The notes under the pieces are model-generated. The model made no database searches. It worked only from the letters and a program-made list of their open reading frames with translations, and had not been told where the DNA came from. A stretch of 64,000 bases of DNA from Callorhinchus milii. Taxonomy: Eukaryota. Below are positions 16,165 through 29,414 of the stretch, in pieces (position 1 is the first letter of the stretch; each line of letters begins with the position of its first letter). The position numbers were made by a program, and so were the translations under genes. The stretch lies in assembly GCF_018977255.1 (NCBI RefSeq), contig NW_024704742.1, forward strand, positions 136,340,001 through 136,404,000. The letters are read 5' to 3'.

Positions 16165-16543
16165 ACTCCAGCAGTTACCCCCAAAGCACACTCTGGGGTC
16201 CCCAAAACTTGTCTCTTGCCAACCTGTGCCTAATACTTTCTGGAATTAGGTAAACAGGATGTGTCCCTCCGGGGAGAGAAAGAGAGAGCGCATTCCATTC
16301 CAACAATCTATCTCTGGGATTTCCATGTGGGATGCATGGAATTTCACCCACAAATATACGGTCGATTCACTTTACAGTCTACTCTGTGAAGCGATTTGAG
16401 CCGTCGAGAAGACGTGAAAAGCACTATATCAAATGCAAGGATTATATTATTATTATTGTTGTTATAATTCTCAGTTTGGTTTGGATACTGTTAAGCAAAG
16501 TGATGGGTTTCCGCACGTGTCAGATACCCGGCTGACCAAAAAA
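16165..16543 (+). repeat. Unclassified interspersed repeat ending in GGCTGACC-poly(A), here interrupted by a SINE tail
   Basis: Homologous copies at 24604-24849(+), 12391-12517(-), 58852-58960(+) and partially 530-625(+). Confidence 0.75.
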
Positions 16544-17280
16544 AATAATAATCCTTGAATTTGAATTTGCGCCTTATCGTGGCAAGACATCTCAAAGTGC
16601 TCGACAGATTATACTGTAAAGTGAATTAACTGTACATTTTGCAGGCAAAGTGAGCCCGTAAAATTACCTCAAAGTCCAGATTATAGGGGTGAATCCTTCT
16701 GACCCAGAGGCAAGAGCGCTACGTGACTGACCCAAGTGGAAATTGCACACAAAACCTACCTGGATTATTCAGTTGATACAGTAGATTTTTCCACCAAGAA
16801 TAAAAGTCTGTGATGCACCCACACATACTTAATGCTTCCTGTTAACCAGAGAGCATCGATCAATTTTGTCTCTTCTATTTACACCGAGTACCCCAAGGTA
16901 ACAAGATAAATGCTGAGACACTGCTGGGGGGGTGGGGGGGGGGAGAACTGGGATAGAACCAATCAGTAAACCGCCGTAGAGGCGGAGAGAGAGATGGGGA
17001 CAGACAGATACATAATGCAAACACACATACAATAGATCAATAGAGATTTCAGAGATAGATATTTAGAGACAAACATTTTAGAGAGGAGATTTTAAAGATA
17101 CAGTATGCGCAACATTTTAGAGAAATAGATCTATGGAAAAGATGAAACAGACACACAGCAATATGATAGCAATATTCCTTGCATTTGGCATAATAATCCT
17201 TATATAAATACAGCACTTCATCACATCGTTGAGACAGATACATAGACAGACAGAGACAGTTATCACATCGTTGAGACAGA

Positions 17281-17285
17281 TAGAT

Positions 17286-17326
<41 letters not shown>

Positions 17327-17341
17327 GAGAGAGAGAGAGAG

Positions 17342-17425
<84 letters not shown>
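17281..17425. repeat. Compound microsatellite (GACA)n(GA)n(GATA)n
   Basis: Directly visible. Confidence 0.97.
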
Positions 17426-17427
<2 letters not shown>

Positions 17428-17637
17428 ACACTGCACCTGTTAATATATTATTTATGCAATTCCAGTTGACGTGCAAAGCTATTTCTTTGCTGGAGATCAG
17501 ACGAACGCAGGTAATTGGAGGCAACGACACAGTGGATAACGAGAGGGGAAGACAAAGGCAAAGTCCTGAGTAAATATTCCTCTCCACCCCATCTGCTGCT
17601 GGTCCGCAGCTGGGAATAGATCTGTGATATGGACCGC

Positions 17638-17668
<31 letters not shown>

Positions 17669-17877
17669 CTCCATCACACCGACCCTAACCCCCAGCGCCC
17701 CGCACAGGAGGGGCTGCATTGCACTGACTGCAAAAAGCGATGCATCCATTGATGCCCGTGAAAGGCTCCTGAGAGAGAGAGAGAGAGAGAGCGAGAGGAG
17801 AGAGAGAGAGAGAGAGGAGAGAGAAGAGCAATCTCTTTGCAGCAATTGTTTCCCAATTGCAAAGGAAAGTCACTCAC

Positions 17878-18070
17878 CATCACAGCTCAGCCGGGACAGG
17901 GGTGGGGGGGTCTGGTCAGGGTGTCGGGTGTCGGGGTCTCTCTGTCTCCCTCTGTCTCTCTCTCTCCCTCTCTCTCTTCGTCTGTGTCTGTCTCTCTCTC
18001 TCTGTGTTTTGGGGCAATTGATCCGAGTCTCAGCAGCGAGAGCTCAGCCCCCACAGCACTGACGTCACTG
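17878..18070 (-). promoter_or_regulatory. MAPK4: Putative MAPK4 promoter and non-coding exon 1
   Basis: Minus-strand donor ATG|GTGAGT at 17878/17877, locally GC/CpG-richer sequence and a perfect CRE (TGACGTCA) at 18060-18067. The start site is not determinable from sequence. Confidence 0.45.
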
Positions 18071-18092
18071 CTGCTGTCAATCACCGCTACAT

Positions 18093-19190
18093 ATAAACAC
18101 CCGGCTACCCCATACACACCCATAAACACCCGGCTACCCATACACACCCCATAAATACCCGGCTACCCCATACACACCCATAAACACCCGGCTACCCGTA
18201 CACACCCCATAAACACCCGGCTACCCATACACACCCCATAAACACCCGGCTACCCATACACACCCCATAAACACCCGGCTACCCCATACACACCCATAAA
18301 CACCCGGCTACCCATACACACCCCATAAATACCCGGCTACCCCATACACACCCATAAACACCCGGCTACCCGTACACACCCCATAAACACCCGGCTACCC
18401 ATACACACCCATAAACACCCGGCTACCCATACACACCCCATAAACACCCGGCTACCCCATACACACCCATAAACACCCGGCTACCCATACACACCCCATA
18501 AACACCCGGCTACCCATACACACCCCATAAACACCCGGCTACCCATACACACCCCATAAACACCCGGCTACCCATACACACCCCATAAACACCCGGCTAC
18601 CCATACACACCCCATAAACACCCGGCTACCCATACACACCCCATAAACACCCGGCTACCCCACCCACATCCCATAAACACCTGGCTACCCATCCACACCC
18701 CATAAACACCCGGCTACCCCACCCACACCCCATAAACACCCGGCTACCCCATACACACCCCATAAACACCCGGCTACCCATACACACCCCATAAACACCC
18801 TGCCATCCCACACACAACCCATAAACACCTGGCTACCCACACACACCATAAACACCCGGCTACCCCATACACACCCCATAAACACCCAGCTACCCCATCC
18901 ACACCCCATAAACACCCGGCCACACCATCCACACCCCATATACACCCGAATACCCCATCCACACCCCACAAACACCCGGCTACCCCATCCTCACCCCATA
19001 AACACCCGGCTACCCCACCCACACTCCATAAACACCCGGCTACCCCACCCACACCCCATAAACACTCGGCTATCCCATACACACCCCATAAACACCCGGC
19101 TACCCCATACACACCTAATAAACACCCAGCTACCACACCCCATAAACACCCGGCTACCCCACACCCAGCTACCCCATATATACACCCCAC
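18093..19190. repeat. Minisatellite, 29-30 bp unit ATAAACACCCGGCTACCC(C)ATACACACCCC
   Basis: Directly visible tandem array of about 1.1 kb. Confidence 0.97.
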
Positions 19191-19515
19191 AATAATAATA
19201 ATAATAATAATCCTTGCATTTGATATAGCGCTTTTCACGTCTTCTCGACGTCCCAAAGTGCTTCACAGAACACACTGTAAAGTGAATTGACTGTATATTT
19301 GTGGGCGAACGCGGCAGCCAATTGCGCACAGCAATGTCCCACAAACAGTCGTGGATTGAAAATGACCAATTTATTATTGTTTTGTTTTGGAGGGATTATT
19401 ATTAGGCTCTGTGTGGAGTAAGGAAACTTGCCCGAGGTTTCGCCCTCTGCCTGGAATTGAACTCGGGTATCTCGCTTGCAAAGCGAGTGCTCTAACCACT
19501 GAGCTGCAAGACTCC
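19191..19515 (-). mobile_element. Young SINE, short subfamily, inside the minisatellite
   Basis: Near-identical to 36461-36783. Confidence 0.92.
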
Positions 19516-20283
19516 ATATACACGCAGCTACTACATATAAACACCCAGTTACCCCATATACACACCATATACACCCAGCTAGCTACCCCATATACAAACC
19601 CAACTACCCCATATATACCCCATATACACCCAGCTACCCAATATACACCCCATATACACCCAGCTAGCTACCCCATATACAAACCCAGCTACCCCATATA
19701 TACCCCATATACACCCCATATACACCCAGCTACCCCATATGCACACCATATACACCCAACTACCCCATATACACCCATATACACCCAACTACTCCATATA
19801 CACTCCCAGCTACCCCATATACACCCAGCTACCCCATATACACACCATATACACCCAGCTACCCCATATACACCCCATATATATACAGCTACCCCATATA
19901 CACACCATATACACCCAACTACCCCATATACACCCCATATACACCCAGCTACCCCATATATACACCCAACTACCCCATATACACCCCATATACACCCAGC
20001 TACCCCATATACACACCATATACACCCAGCTATCCCATATACACCCCATATACACCCAGCTACCCCATATACACACCATATACATCCAGCTACCCCATAT
20101 ACACATCTTATACACTCCCAGGTACCCCATATACACCCCATATACACCCAGCTACCCCATATACACACCATATACACCCAGCTACCCCATATACACACCA
20201 TATACACCCAGATACCCCATATACACCCCATATACACACCCAGCTACCCCATATATACCCAGATACCCCATATACACCCCATA
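19516..20283. repeat. Diverged continuation of the minisatellite, ~30 bp unit ATATACACCCAGCTACCCCATATACACACC
   Basis: Directly visible tandem array, related to 18093-19190 and separated from it by a SINE. Confidence 0.95.
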
Positions 20284-20593
20284 ATAATAATAATCCTTGC
20301 ATTTGATATAGCGCTTTTCACGTCAGGAGGACGTCCCAAAGCGCTTCACAGAACACACTATAAAGTGAATTGACTGTATATTTGTGGGCGAACGCAGCAG
20401 CCAATTGCGCACAGCAATGTCCCACAAATGTGGATTGAAAATGACCAATTTATTATTGTTTTGTTTTGGAGGGATTATTATTAGGCTCTGTGTGGAGTAA
20501 GGAAACTTGCCCAAGGTTTCGCCCTCTGCCTGGGATTGAACTCAGGTCTCTCGCTTGCAAAGTGAGTGCTCTAACCACTGAGCTACAGGACTC
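20281..20593 (-). mobile_element. Young SINE, short subfamily
   Basis: Near-identical to 36461-36783, with an L2-like tail variant. Confidence 0.92.
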
Positions 20594-23500
20594 TTAGAGA
20601 TGCAGAACACAAACATATATCACAAAGATACCGCATACCGCACATAGCGAACTGATACATGAATAACAAACAGTCAGCACCCTTCACGTAGGGTAATCAA
20701 TACTCTGTGTAAGTTTAACAGTAAGGTAATGTGTGGGAGATCGTCTCAGAGAGCTTCACTGTGGCAGGGTTGGATACTGAGATCGGGTGACTGGAGGAGA
20801 CCGTGATCCTGGTTGGAGAGGTGGCAGATAAAGATAGAGACAGTGAGATGGAGGGACAGGGCAGGGAGGTGCAGGGGTTGGAAGTGTTGTGACTAAAGGC
20901 TCGGACACTGATGGTGGAGCAGACGGGACAGGGGACCTGCTGGTTTATGAGATCTGTAACACACGCCTGACATTTTTCTTCAAACTGTTTCTTTCCCCCT
21001 CAAGCTCTGCTCAGTGATTGCCACCTACCGGTCACGCCTGTGTAAATCCGGATCCATCTGCCAAGATGTTGCTGTTATTAATTAACATTCTGCTCTCTGT
21101 GTGTGAGAAGCTTTGTAATCTGCTCGTTTATTGTCCCAGTGACAATGCCAAGTCTAATATTCAACAGTCAGCAGCAAAACCCTTTCACTCTGTTTCCATC
21201 TCTTGATTTAACCTTGATTTAGGTCTTGCTCCTCCCTATCTCTGTGCCCTGCTAACTCCATACTGGCCTGTCCTTACCCTCCGCTCGACGGACTCTGGGC
21301 TCATCCCTATCCCCCGCCTCACTTTTCCAACGGTGTCACATTTTGTGGGAAATTGCTGTTCACAATTCGCTGCTGCGTTTCACCCATAAAATATGCAGTC
21401 GGTCCACTTTGCAGTATATCCTGTGAAGCGCTTTGAGATGTCTCAACGACGTGATAAGGCGCAAGGATTATGATTACCTCAACATCTTGTGTGAAGGACT
21501 TGCAGCACCTCTGACAATATGGCAAACTCCGTCCAGCATTGCACTGGAGGGTCAGCCTGAACTGATCCTGATGTGAGGTTAGGATCAGTCCAGGCTGACA
21601 ACCTTGTGACACAGACAAGAGTGCTATTGATTCAACCAAACTGACAACCCAATACAATGGTGTAGTCCTCACCGAACCAGCCAGGTACGGTGTACAGTGA
21701 GAGTAGAACACATTGGCCGGATCCAGGGAAAGGACACACAGACTAGTTAGTCCTGTTTCCGTGCCTATCACTATATGTATGTCAGGAGAATTCTTACTTC
21801 ACCCCCTTCCCCCACTCTGTACAAAATTACTTTCATGAAAAAGTTTTCAAACGAGAATACAAATGGATGTAAAGAGGATGAACCCCAGTGTTGGAGTGAG
21901 ATTGAGCGAGATTTTTAAAAACTTAAAGGGATTAAGAGATATGGGGATAGGGCGGGAAAATGGAATTAGGTTAGAAAATCAGCCGTGATCTTATTAAATG
22001 GCGGGGCACAGGCTCGAGGGGCCGAATAGCCTACTCCTGCTCTTATTTCTTACGTCTTATGAGATGAGCTATCTATAAGTTGAATCCTGTAGCTCAGGGA
22101 TTAGAGCATTCGCTTTGCAAGAGAGAGATCTGGGTTCGATTCCCGGCAGGGTGAAACCTTGGGCCAGTTTCTTTACTCCACACGCCTGATAATAATCCCT
22201 CAAGAAAAAAAAATAATAAGTTGGTCATTTCAATCCACGACTATTTGTGGGACACTGCTGTGCGCAATTGACTGCCGCATTTCGCCCACAAATATCAATT
22301 CACTTTACAGTCTATTCTGTGAAGCGCTTTGAGACGTCGAGAAGACGTGCAAAGCGCTATATCAAATGTAAGGATTATTATTATTATAAGAAACACAGTA
22401 ATCCACAGCTAGAAGGAGGCCATTCGGCCGATTGAGTCCGCACAAGCTCATAGTGTGGATATACAAGGTTCTAAATATTACTGAGCAAGTAAATCCCGGT
22501 TATTAGTTGATTGGCAGATCACTTTTTGCAGGCAATAATCCTTTTTAAAGAAAAATTGGTCACTCAGTTCATGAGTGTTTGTGGGACACTGCTGTATGCA
22601 ATTGGCTACTGCATTCCTCCCACAAATATAGTCAATTCACTGCAGTATATTCTGTGAAGTTCTTTGAGACGTCTCAATGATGTGATAAGGATTGCAAGGA
22701 TGATTATTGTTATTACATAAATACAAGTTGTTACTGGAACAAACTACTATTTATTCTTAATATTATTATTTATAGAGCACCCTTCGTGGAGCCAAATGGC
22801 TTGAAGCACCAAACAATGATAGGATTCAAGGCTGTGAACATCAACTTCAGAAGTTTTTCTTCACACAGATGGTAATTAATGAGTGGAACAGGGATAATGG
22901 GAGAATTACAGGCTGGGAATTTTAGAAGATTGAGATCAAATGGTCCATATTTCTTATCTGCCCACTAATGGGATTTGCACTCCTAACCAGGAAGGAAAGG
23001 TTTGGAAAAAAAGCCTGAAATTGTGACAGAATTTCTGTTCTGAGGCTTAGGTATCACCAGGGGCCCCGAATCATACCTGGTCTTTGCCATAAAATTATTT
23101 AGTCTAAAAGGTACAACTACACAGTTACCACACTTTACAGTAGATCCTGTGAAGACAATTCAACAATGTGACATTGTGACATTGAAGACAATGTCTGCAT
23201 ACAATAAAGATTATAAAGAATTTTCCACAACAACTTGCACTTATTGAGCACCCTCCACGCAGGGCAGCGTCTCAGAGCGCTTAACAGTGGAGGAGCCTGA
23301 CTCCAAGTCAGGGATTGGGGTGGGGGGGAGAGATGGCCATAAGTCTGGTCAAAGAGGAAGGTTTTCAGGTAGGACTTGAAAAAGGGGAGAGGGGGAGCAA
23401 AGCGGATGGTTTGAGGGAGAGTTCCAGAGTTTTGGGGCGTAGTGACTGAAAGCGCGACCTCCAATGGTGGGGTGGAGGGTGTGAGGGTCGAGCAGGAGGC

Positions 23501-26500
23501 TGGTGCCAGTCAAGTGGAAGCGCCGGATGGTGGATTGGGGAGTGAGGAGTGAGGAGGTTGGAGAGGTCGGGAGGTGCCAGTGAATCAGTGGATTTGAACA
23601 CGAGTGTGATTTGAACACAGACAGCGCCTTTCACATCGGGAGGGCGTCCCACACACTGGGATTTGGGATAAGGAGGGGTGGAGAGCATGGAAAGTAGATA
23701 TAGAAGACTGACCAAAGATGTGGTCGAAGAGGACGGTCTTGAGATGGACCTTGAAGGAGGCAAGAGACTGTGGGATGGAGTTCCAAAGGCTGGGGCTGAA
23801 AGGCAGAATTGCTCAACAGTTTGGGGAGACCTTAAATCTTTAAGACAAAATAATCTCAGGGGCTAAGATTGGGTGGAATTTGGTGCATTGCGGTCAAAAC
23901 ACCAAATCTCTCGAATCATTGAGTTGAAGAGGTTGGCTCCATCATTCCAGGAAACTGGCCATCATAATGGAGCGTGGAGTAAGGAAACTTGCCTAAGGTT
24001 TCGCCCCGCCCGGGAATCAAACCCGGGCTCTCTCGCTTACAATGAGTGCTCTAACCACTAAGCTACAGGATTCCAGTGCATTAGTTCCCCTCACACACAA
24101 AACCAACACCACATACACATTTGTTAAATAATTACAGAAAGAGAAATCAACATTCAAATTCAGAGCAGCACGTGCGGTCATTTGAAATGAAATGAAACCA
24201 GTATGAATGAGGCACTTTCTTTTATTAAGCTGTTTCCCTTTAGTTCAAGGGTAAGAGTTGCCCTCGAGGGTAAAACTTTAAAGAGTGAGTTTACACCCAA
24301 GCTTGGAAGGAGACAGAGCGACAGTGGGGAGATGGTATCGAGATATTTTCCGATACCTTATGCATTTGAAACAGCACCTTATCACCCAAAAGCACCTCAA
24401 AGCACTTCAGATTTTTTTCTGTGAAGTGTAGTGTACGTAACGGCCAATGGACAGACAATCTTCACAACGGTAAAGGGAAAAAATAGGAATTTTTTTTTAC
24501 TTTACAAAGAGAGTTGTTCAGATGTAGAATATTGCCCTGTGGCGATCTCTGAGGTCTAGTTCCTGAGCCAGTGTTACAGGGCACTGCTGATGACAGCACA
24601 GCTAGTTCCAGTAGTTACCCCAACACACTTTCTGGGGTCCCCCGACTCTTGCCACCCTGCACCTAATACCCCATCTAGCACTGCGCTAGAATTAGATAAG
24701 CAGAACGCATCACTCCAGGAAGAGAGCACATTCCATTTTAATAAACATCGCTGGAATTTCCACTTGGATCGTGGATCCTCTATTTGGTTTGGATACTCTT
24801 AAGCAACATGATGGGTTTCCGCATGCGTCAAACGAGTTGACCAAAAAAATCATATACTCTGATGTTAGAGCAGAGCAAGCACCACTATAAAGCAGGAGTG
24901 TCCCTCTGGGGAGAGATTGAACACATCACAAATAATAATTCTTGCAATTGATGTAGCACCTTATACATTCCTCAGTGTTTAAAGTGCAGTGACTATAGGT
25001 CAGTGGTGGTCAACCTCTATTGCTGGCCATAAAATACATTTTCTTGATTGAATATTCACTTCCATACTCTTTCACACTTGGCTTTGTTAGCTTTCCTGGT
25101 GAGTTGCTCAAAACTGTACACAATACCATGTACACAATACAGTGCCTCGGGACATCCTCCCGACGTGAAAGGCTCTATACAAATGTAATTTGCGATTGTA
25201 GTGTTCATCTTTGACAGCAGAGCTAACAGAAGGTGCGTCAGAGGGGCTTTGGTTTGATTACAAATTAGCCATTCCTCCTCCACTTCAGAGCGCTGAGTGC
25301 TGAGCACAGGATGCTACCTTCCCACTTCATCGCCTCCTTAGCCATTAAGCGAGTCTCTCAGGTTAAAATTACTCAACAACGGCTAAACACCCAAAAGCTT
25401 CTTAACAGTAGGAGATAGCTTACATTTCATAAATATATTTTAATGGATTTCTTCCACTGCCAAAAAAACACTTCTACCTCCAAATCATCATCATTGAACC
25501 TCCCCTCCCAAATCTGAGGTGTTGCGTAAGATATTTAACCTGTTCAGTGGCATCATTCGATAAGGTCGTTTCTCCTGGTCAAAAATCACCCAGATAATTG
25601 TTTCATTTAATTCATGGCTGTTTATGATATTAATGTACGCAAATCAACTATCCTCCCGGGAGTCTCTGATGATGATTTACCAGATATTAATACCTTGTGT
25701 GAAGCTGTTTAGCTGTGAGGATCAGGTTAGGCAAATCAACTTTCGTTCATTGGAGCCAAGGCGATTAAGGAATGATTGGGTTGATGAAAATAATGCAGGA
25801 AATTGACAAGCTAAGTAGGGGAAACTCTTCCCCCTGGTGGAGGAATCCCTAAAATAGGAGAAATTATAATAATAATCCTGGCATTTGATATAGTGCATTA
25901 TCAGGTTATTGAGACGTCTCAAAGTGCTTCACGGAATATACTGTAAAGTGGTTGACTGTATATTTTGTAAAATTCAGCAGCCAACTGCACCCAGCAGTGT
26001 GGCAGTTGCGGATTGATTTTTTTACCCCCAGAAAGCAACCCCCCACCAATCAACCAACAACTGGCTTCTTACTTGTTGCTAGTTAAACAGAGGGAGTAAG
26101 GAAAATTGCCTAATGTTTCGCCCTGCCAGGGTATGGAACCTAGACCCTCTTGCTTGCGAGGGCGCTAACCACTGCAGGCATAAGCCGTACATTACATGCC
26201 TTATGTCGACAAAACATCACAAGGTACTTCACAGTACTTACTGTAAAATGTAGTGACTGTATCTACAGGTGAATACCTCCACTTACCATAGTGCAATGAT
26301 TTAAAGCTTCCCCCTGTTTTAAGCGCTCTGAGACTGTGTAGAGGTTGCTATATAAGTGTAAGTTGTTGTTATAAACAGAAGCAGTTTATTTTATTGTTTA
26401 ATCTACAAAAATAAAGCAATAAAATTAGAACAACTTTCAAAAGAAAAACTCTCTGCAGAGTCCACAAATCTTTGTGATCACTATTACGCAGCATAAGGAA

Positions 26501-27076
26501 CACAAAGTAACTTGCACTCCCACTGATGAAGGAAGGTGAAATACAGATCACAAGATAGTTGCCTTTTTAATGGGCTGAATGGCCTATTCTGACACGGTTT
26601 CCTAATCGTCTTATCTGAAAGGAACTGCTGGACTCGCACCTTGCAAAGGAAATCCCACAGATCCCCCCCAAAAAACCCTCAGAAAGTAAATTCTCAAAAC
26701 TCGCAATAGATTTCCGTTCCAACCAAATCCCCAAATTAACACGGCCGAGTTAGTAGCACTCTCGCCTTCCAAAAGCACACATTGAGCCTTGGTTGCGGGC
26801 AAAGTACTGGAATCATTGGAATAATTAGAAAGTTTATTAATTTGCCAAATTATGGAGCTATCCTTTTCAGATCACGTTGAGAGTTTGAGTAAATATCCCC
26901 ACAGGATAGCAAAGTCCTTTGGTAAGTATGGCCGTAGTGTACTTCTTTTAAGCAATGAAATCAGAGCAAACAGTAATTTCTCTAACAAATCTTCCTTGGG
27001 TTGATCCATTTCCGGCCTTAATTACAGGATACACTTCCTTCGGTTTCCAATCTAAGTCCAACATGGAAAGGATTTC

Positions 27077-27225
27077 CTAAAGCAGCATGTAGCGGACCAG
27101 CTTCCCTCCACGGACCTCCCGCATTCGCTGGCAGTGCCGCAGGACGTTAAAGACTCCGTGCAGCTTCTTATCAACCCTGAGGTTGGAAAATTCCTTGATG
27201 TCGGCTTCTACAAAGAAATATTGAC
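27077..27225 (-). CDS. SKA1: SKA1 last coding exon (149 nt), C-terminal microtubule-binding domain
   Basis: (G)QYFFVEADIKEFSNLRVDKKLHGVFNVLRHCQRMREVRGGKLVRYMLL*; acceptor CTTTCTTCTGAAG; phase joins the previous exon. Confidence 0.95.
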
Positions 27226-27952
27226 CTTCAGAAGAAAGAGAAACGCATGAAAGTTTATTAATTTGAGCTTGCAAATGCATTGGAACTATCCTTTCTGGAT
27301 CACGTTCAGAGGTCGACTGCACTAAACTGTTGAGCAAATATCTTGTGGAGTTTAAAGACAGGCTTTGAACACAACAACAACAAATTGCCTTTCACATTGA
27401 GGGGTTCTTTGAACATCCCTCACCTTTGTAATCTTCAGCACGTTTCAAATCTCAAAGGATGATTGGAAGATTGTGGGCAGAGTATGTATGTATGTATGTA
27501 TGTATGTATGTATGCAGTTTGCCTACACTTATACAGTCTTTTACTACACTTTACAGTAAATTATGTGTGGCACTTTGAGACAGTTCAATGACATAAGGCG
27601 CAATATTAAATGCAATAATATTATCAACACTGACAGCTTAGACACTGAAGTGTGTAATATGGTTGGGGAGGGGAAGAGAAAGGAACCTTATTAATAATAA
27701 TAATCCTTGCATTTCATACAGCACCTAATCACATTGTTGAGATGGCTCAAAGCGCTTCATAGAATATTCTGTAAAGTGTAGCGGCTGTGGATTTTTTGGG
27801 CGAACGCTGGCACCCAATTGTGCACATTTTTTCTCCCTCGCTCGCTTTCTTACTATCACCTAATTGTGCACAGTAATGTCCCACAAAAGGTAGGGAAGTG
27901 AGTGACCAATTTTTTAAAGTTTCATTTATTCTTAGGATCTCTTGCCCCCTAC

Positions 27953-28122
27953 CTTTTGTTTCCTTGACCTCCTGTTCTTTAAAGGAATGGTATTGGTTGC
28001 GAGTGGTGTTATTCATGGATTTCAGTGGCTGGTTCAGAATCTTGTATTTTGCTTTCACAATATCGTTCAACTCCTTGATCACAGCATTGATCTGATCGTA
28101 CGTCATTCGGCCCTTCATGTAC
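27953..28122 (-). CDS. SKA1: SKA1 coding exon 5 (170 nt)
   Basis: YMKGRMTYDQINAVIKELNDIVKAKYKILNQPLKSMNNTTRNQYHSFKEQEVKETK(G); TGCAG acceptor, GTAGGG donor. Confidence 0.95.
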
Positions 28123-29111
28123 CTGCAAGATGTGAAAGAAACAGCCCCAAAATGAAGAAACAGAAATTCAGGGAGGATACGATGAGATAAGAACAAATTT
28201 ATTCAAGAGAATAATAAGGAATTTTGGGGACTCTTATATAGACATCTGCTCAACGGGCTCCGGTCTGCTCCACAACCCTCACCCGACCACCGACGGTCAG
28301 GCCTTCAGCCTCTCTGCCGCCATCGTTTGGATCTCCATCCCTGTCTCTTCGCCTTGTTCCATCCCTTGCCTCCTTCAAGACTCATCTAAAGACCCTCTTC
28401 TTCGATTGCATATTTGGTGATCTTCCTAATCTACCCTCCCTGCCGTTCACCTGATCCTAATCCCCAGCTCGGGTCCAACTTGCTGACTGTTCATTGTCTT
28501 GGCACGTCGTCCAGACATGAAAGGCGCTGTACAAATCTAAGTTGTTGTTGCTGTTTGTTGGATATATCTGTAAATTTAGCACCTGACCTGTCAGGGGTTG
28601 GGACTGCAGGATAGAGGACATCTACATCTTTGTCTCATTTATGTGCCAGACTAGCTGACCACCAGCTGTGACTTGAATTACTACGGTTCTTGCTGGCTTT
28701 GATCTAAGGTTTTGCTTCTCAGGGCAGTTCAATCCAGAGGACACACTAGTTTACCTATCACCTCCCCTCCCTCCTTATGTTTTATAGGAATAGAATGGAG
28801 GCCAAACAGAGAGCCTTTTCCCTTCTCTTGTCATGCTCCTTTGCTGTGAATCGGTTCTTTCCTTGGGCAGTCAGAAACCAGACCATTTACAATGTTTAAT
28901 GGAGGGAACACAAAGCAATTCTAAATCCCTTTGCAGACGAGTCATCCATTTTAAAGGAACGGTGAATGGGTCAAGCCATGCATTACACAGGGGAGCTTTA
29001 TCAGCTCACTCGCACGTGATAGAACAGTTCTGTGAAATAATACTACCATTTATCTTTATTTATAAATCTTCTACCTTTATCAGGAAGCTATACATCTTCC
29101 TCTGAGCCACT

Positions 29112-29414
29112 TAATAATAATAATCCTTGCATTTGATATAGCGCTTTTCACATCGGAGGACGTCCGAAAGCGCTTCATAGAACACTGTAAAGTGAATTGA
29201 CTGTATATTTGTGGGCGAACGCGGCAGCCAATTGCGCACAGCAATGTCCCACAAACAGTTGTAGATTGAAAATGACCAATTTATTATTGTTTTTGAGGGA
29301 TTATTATTAGGCTCTGTGTGGAGTAAGGAAACTTGCCCAAGGGTTCGCCCTCTGCCTGGAATTGAACTCCGGTCTCTTACTTGCAAAGCGAGTGCTCTAA
29401 CCGAGCTACAGGAC
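29112..29414 (-). mobile_element. Young SINE, short subfamily
   Basis: Near-identical to 36461-36783. Confidence 0.9.

Noticed and set aside
18093..20283. CRISPR-like array of ~30-bp repeats
   Set aside because: The repeats are contiguous with no unique spacers, and the DNA is vertebrate.
19387..20373. 328-aa ORF and overlapping ORFs
   Set aside because: Translations of the minisatellite and SINE; low complexity, open only because the unit lacks stops.
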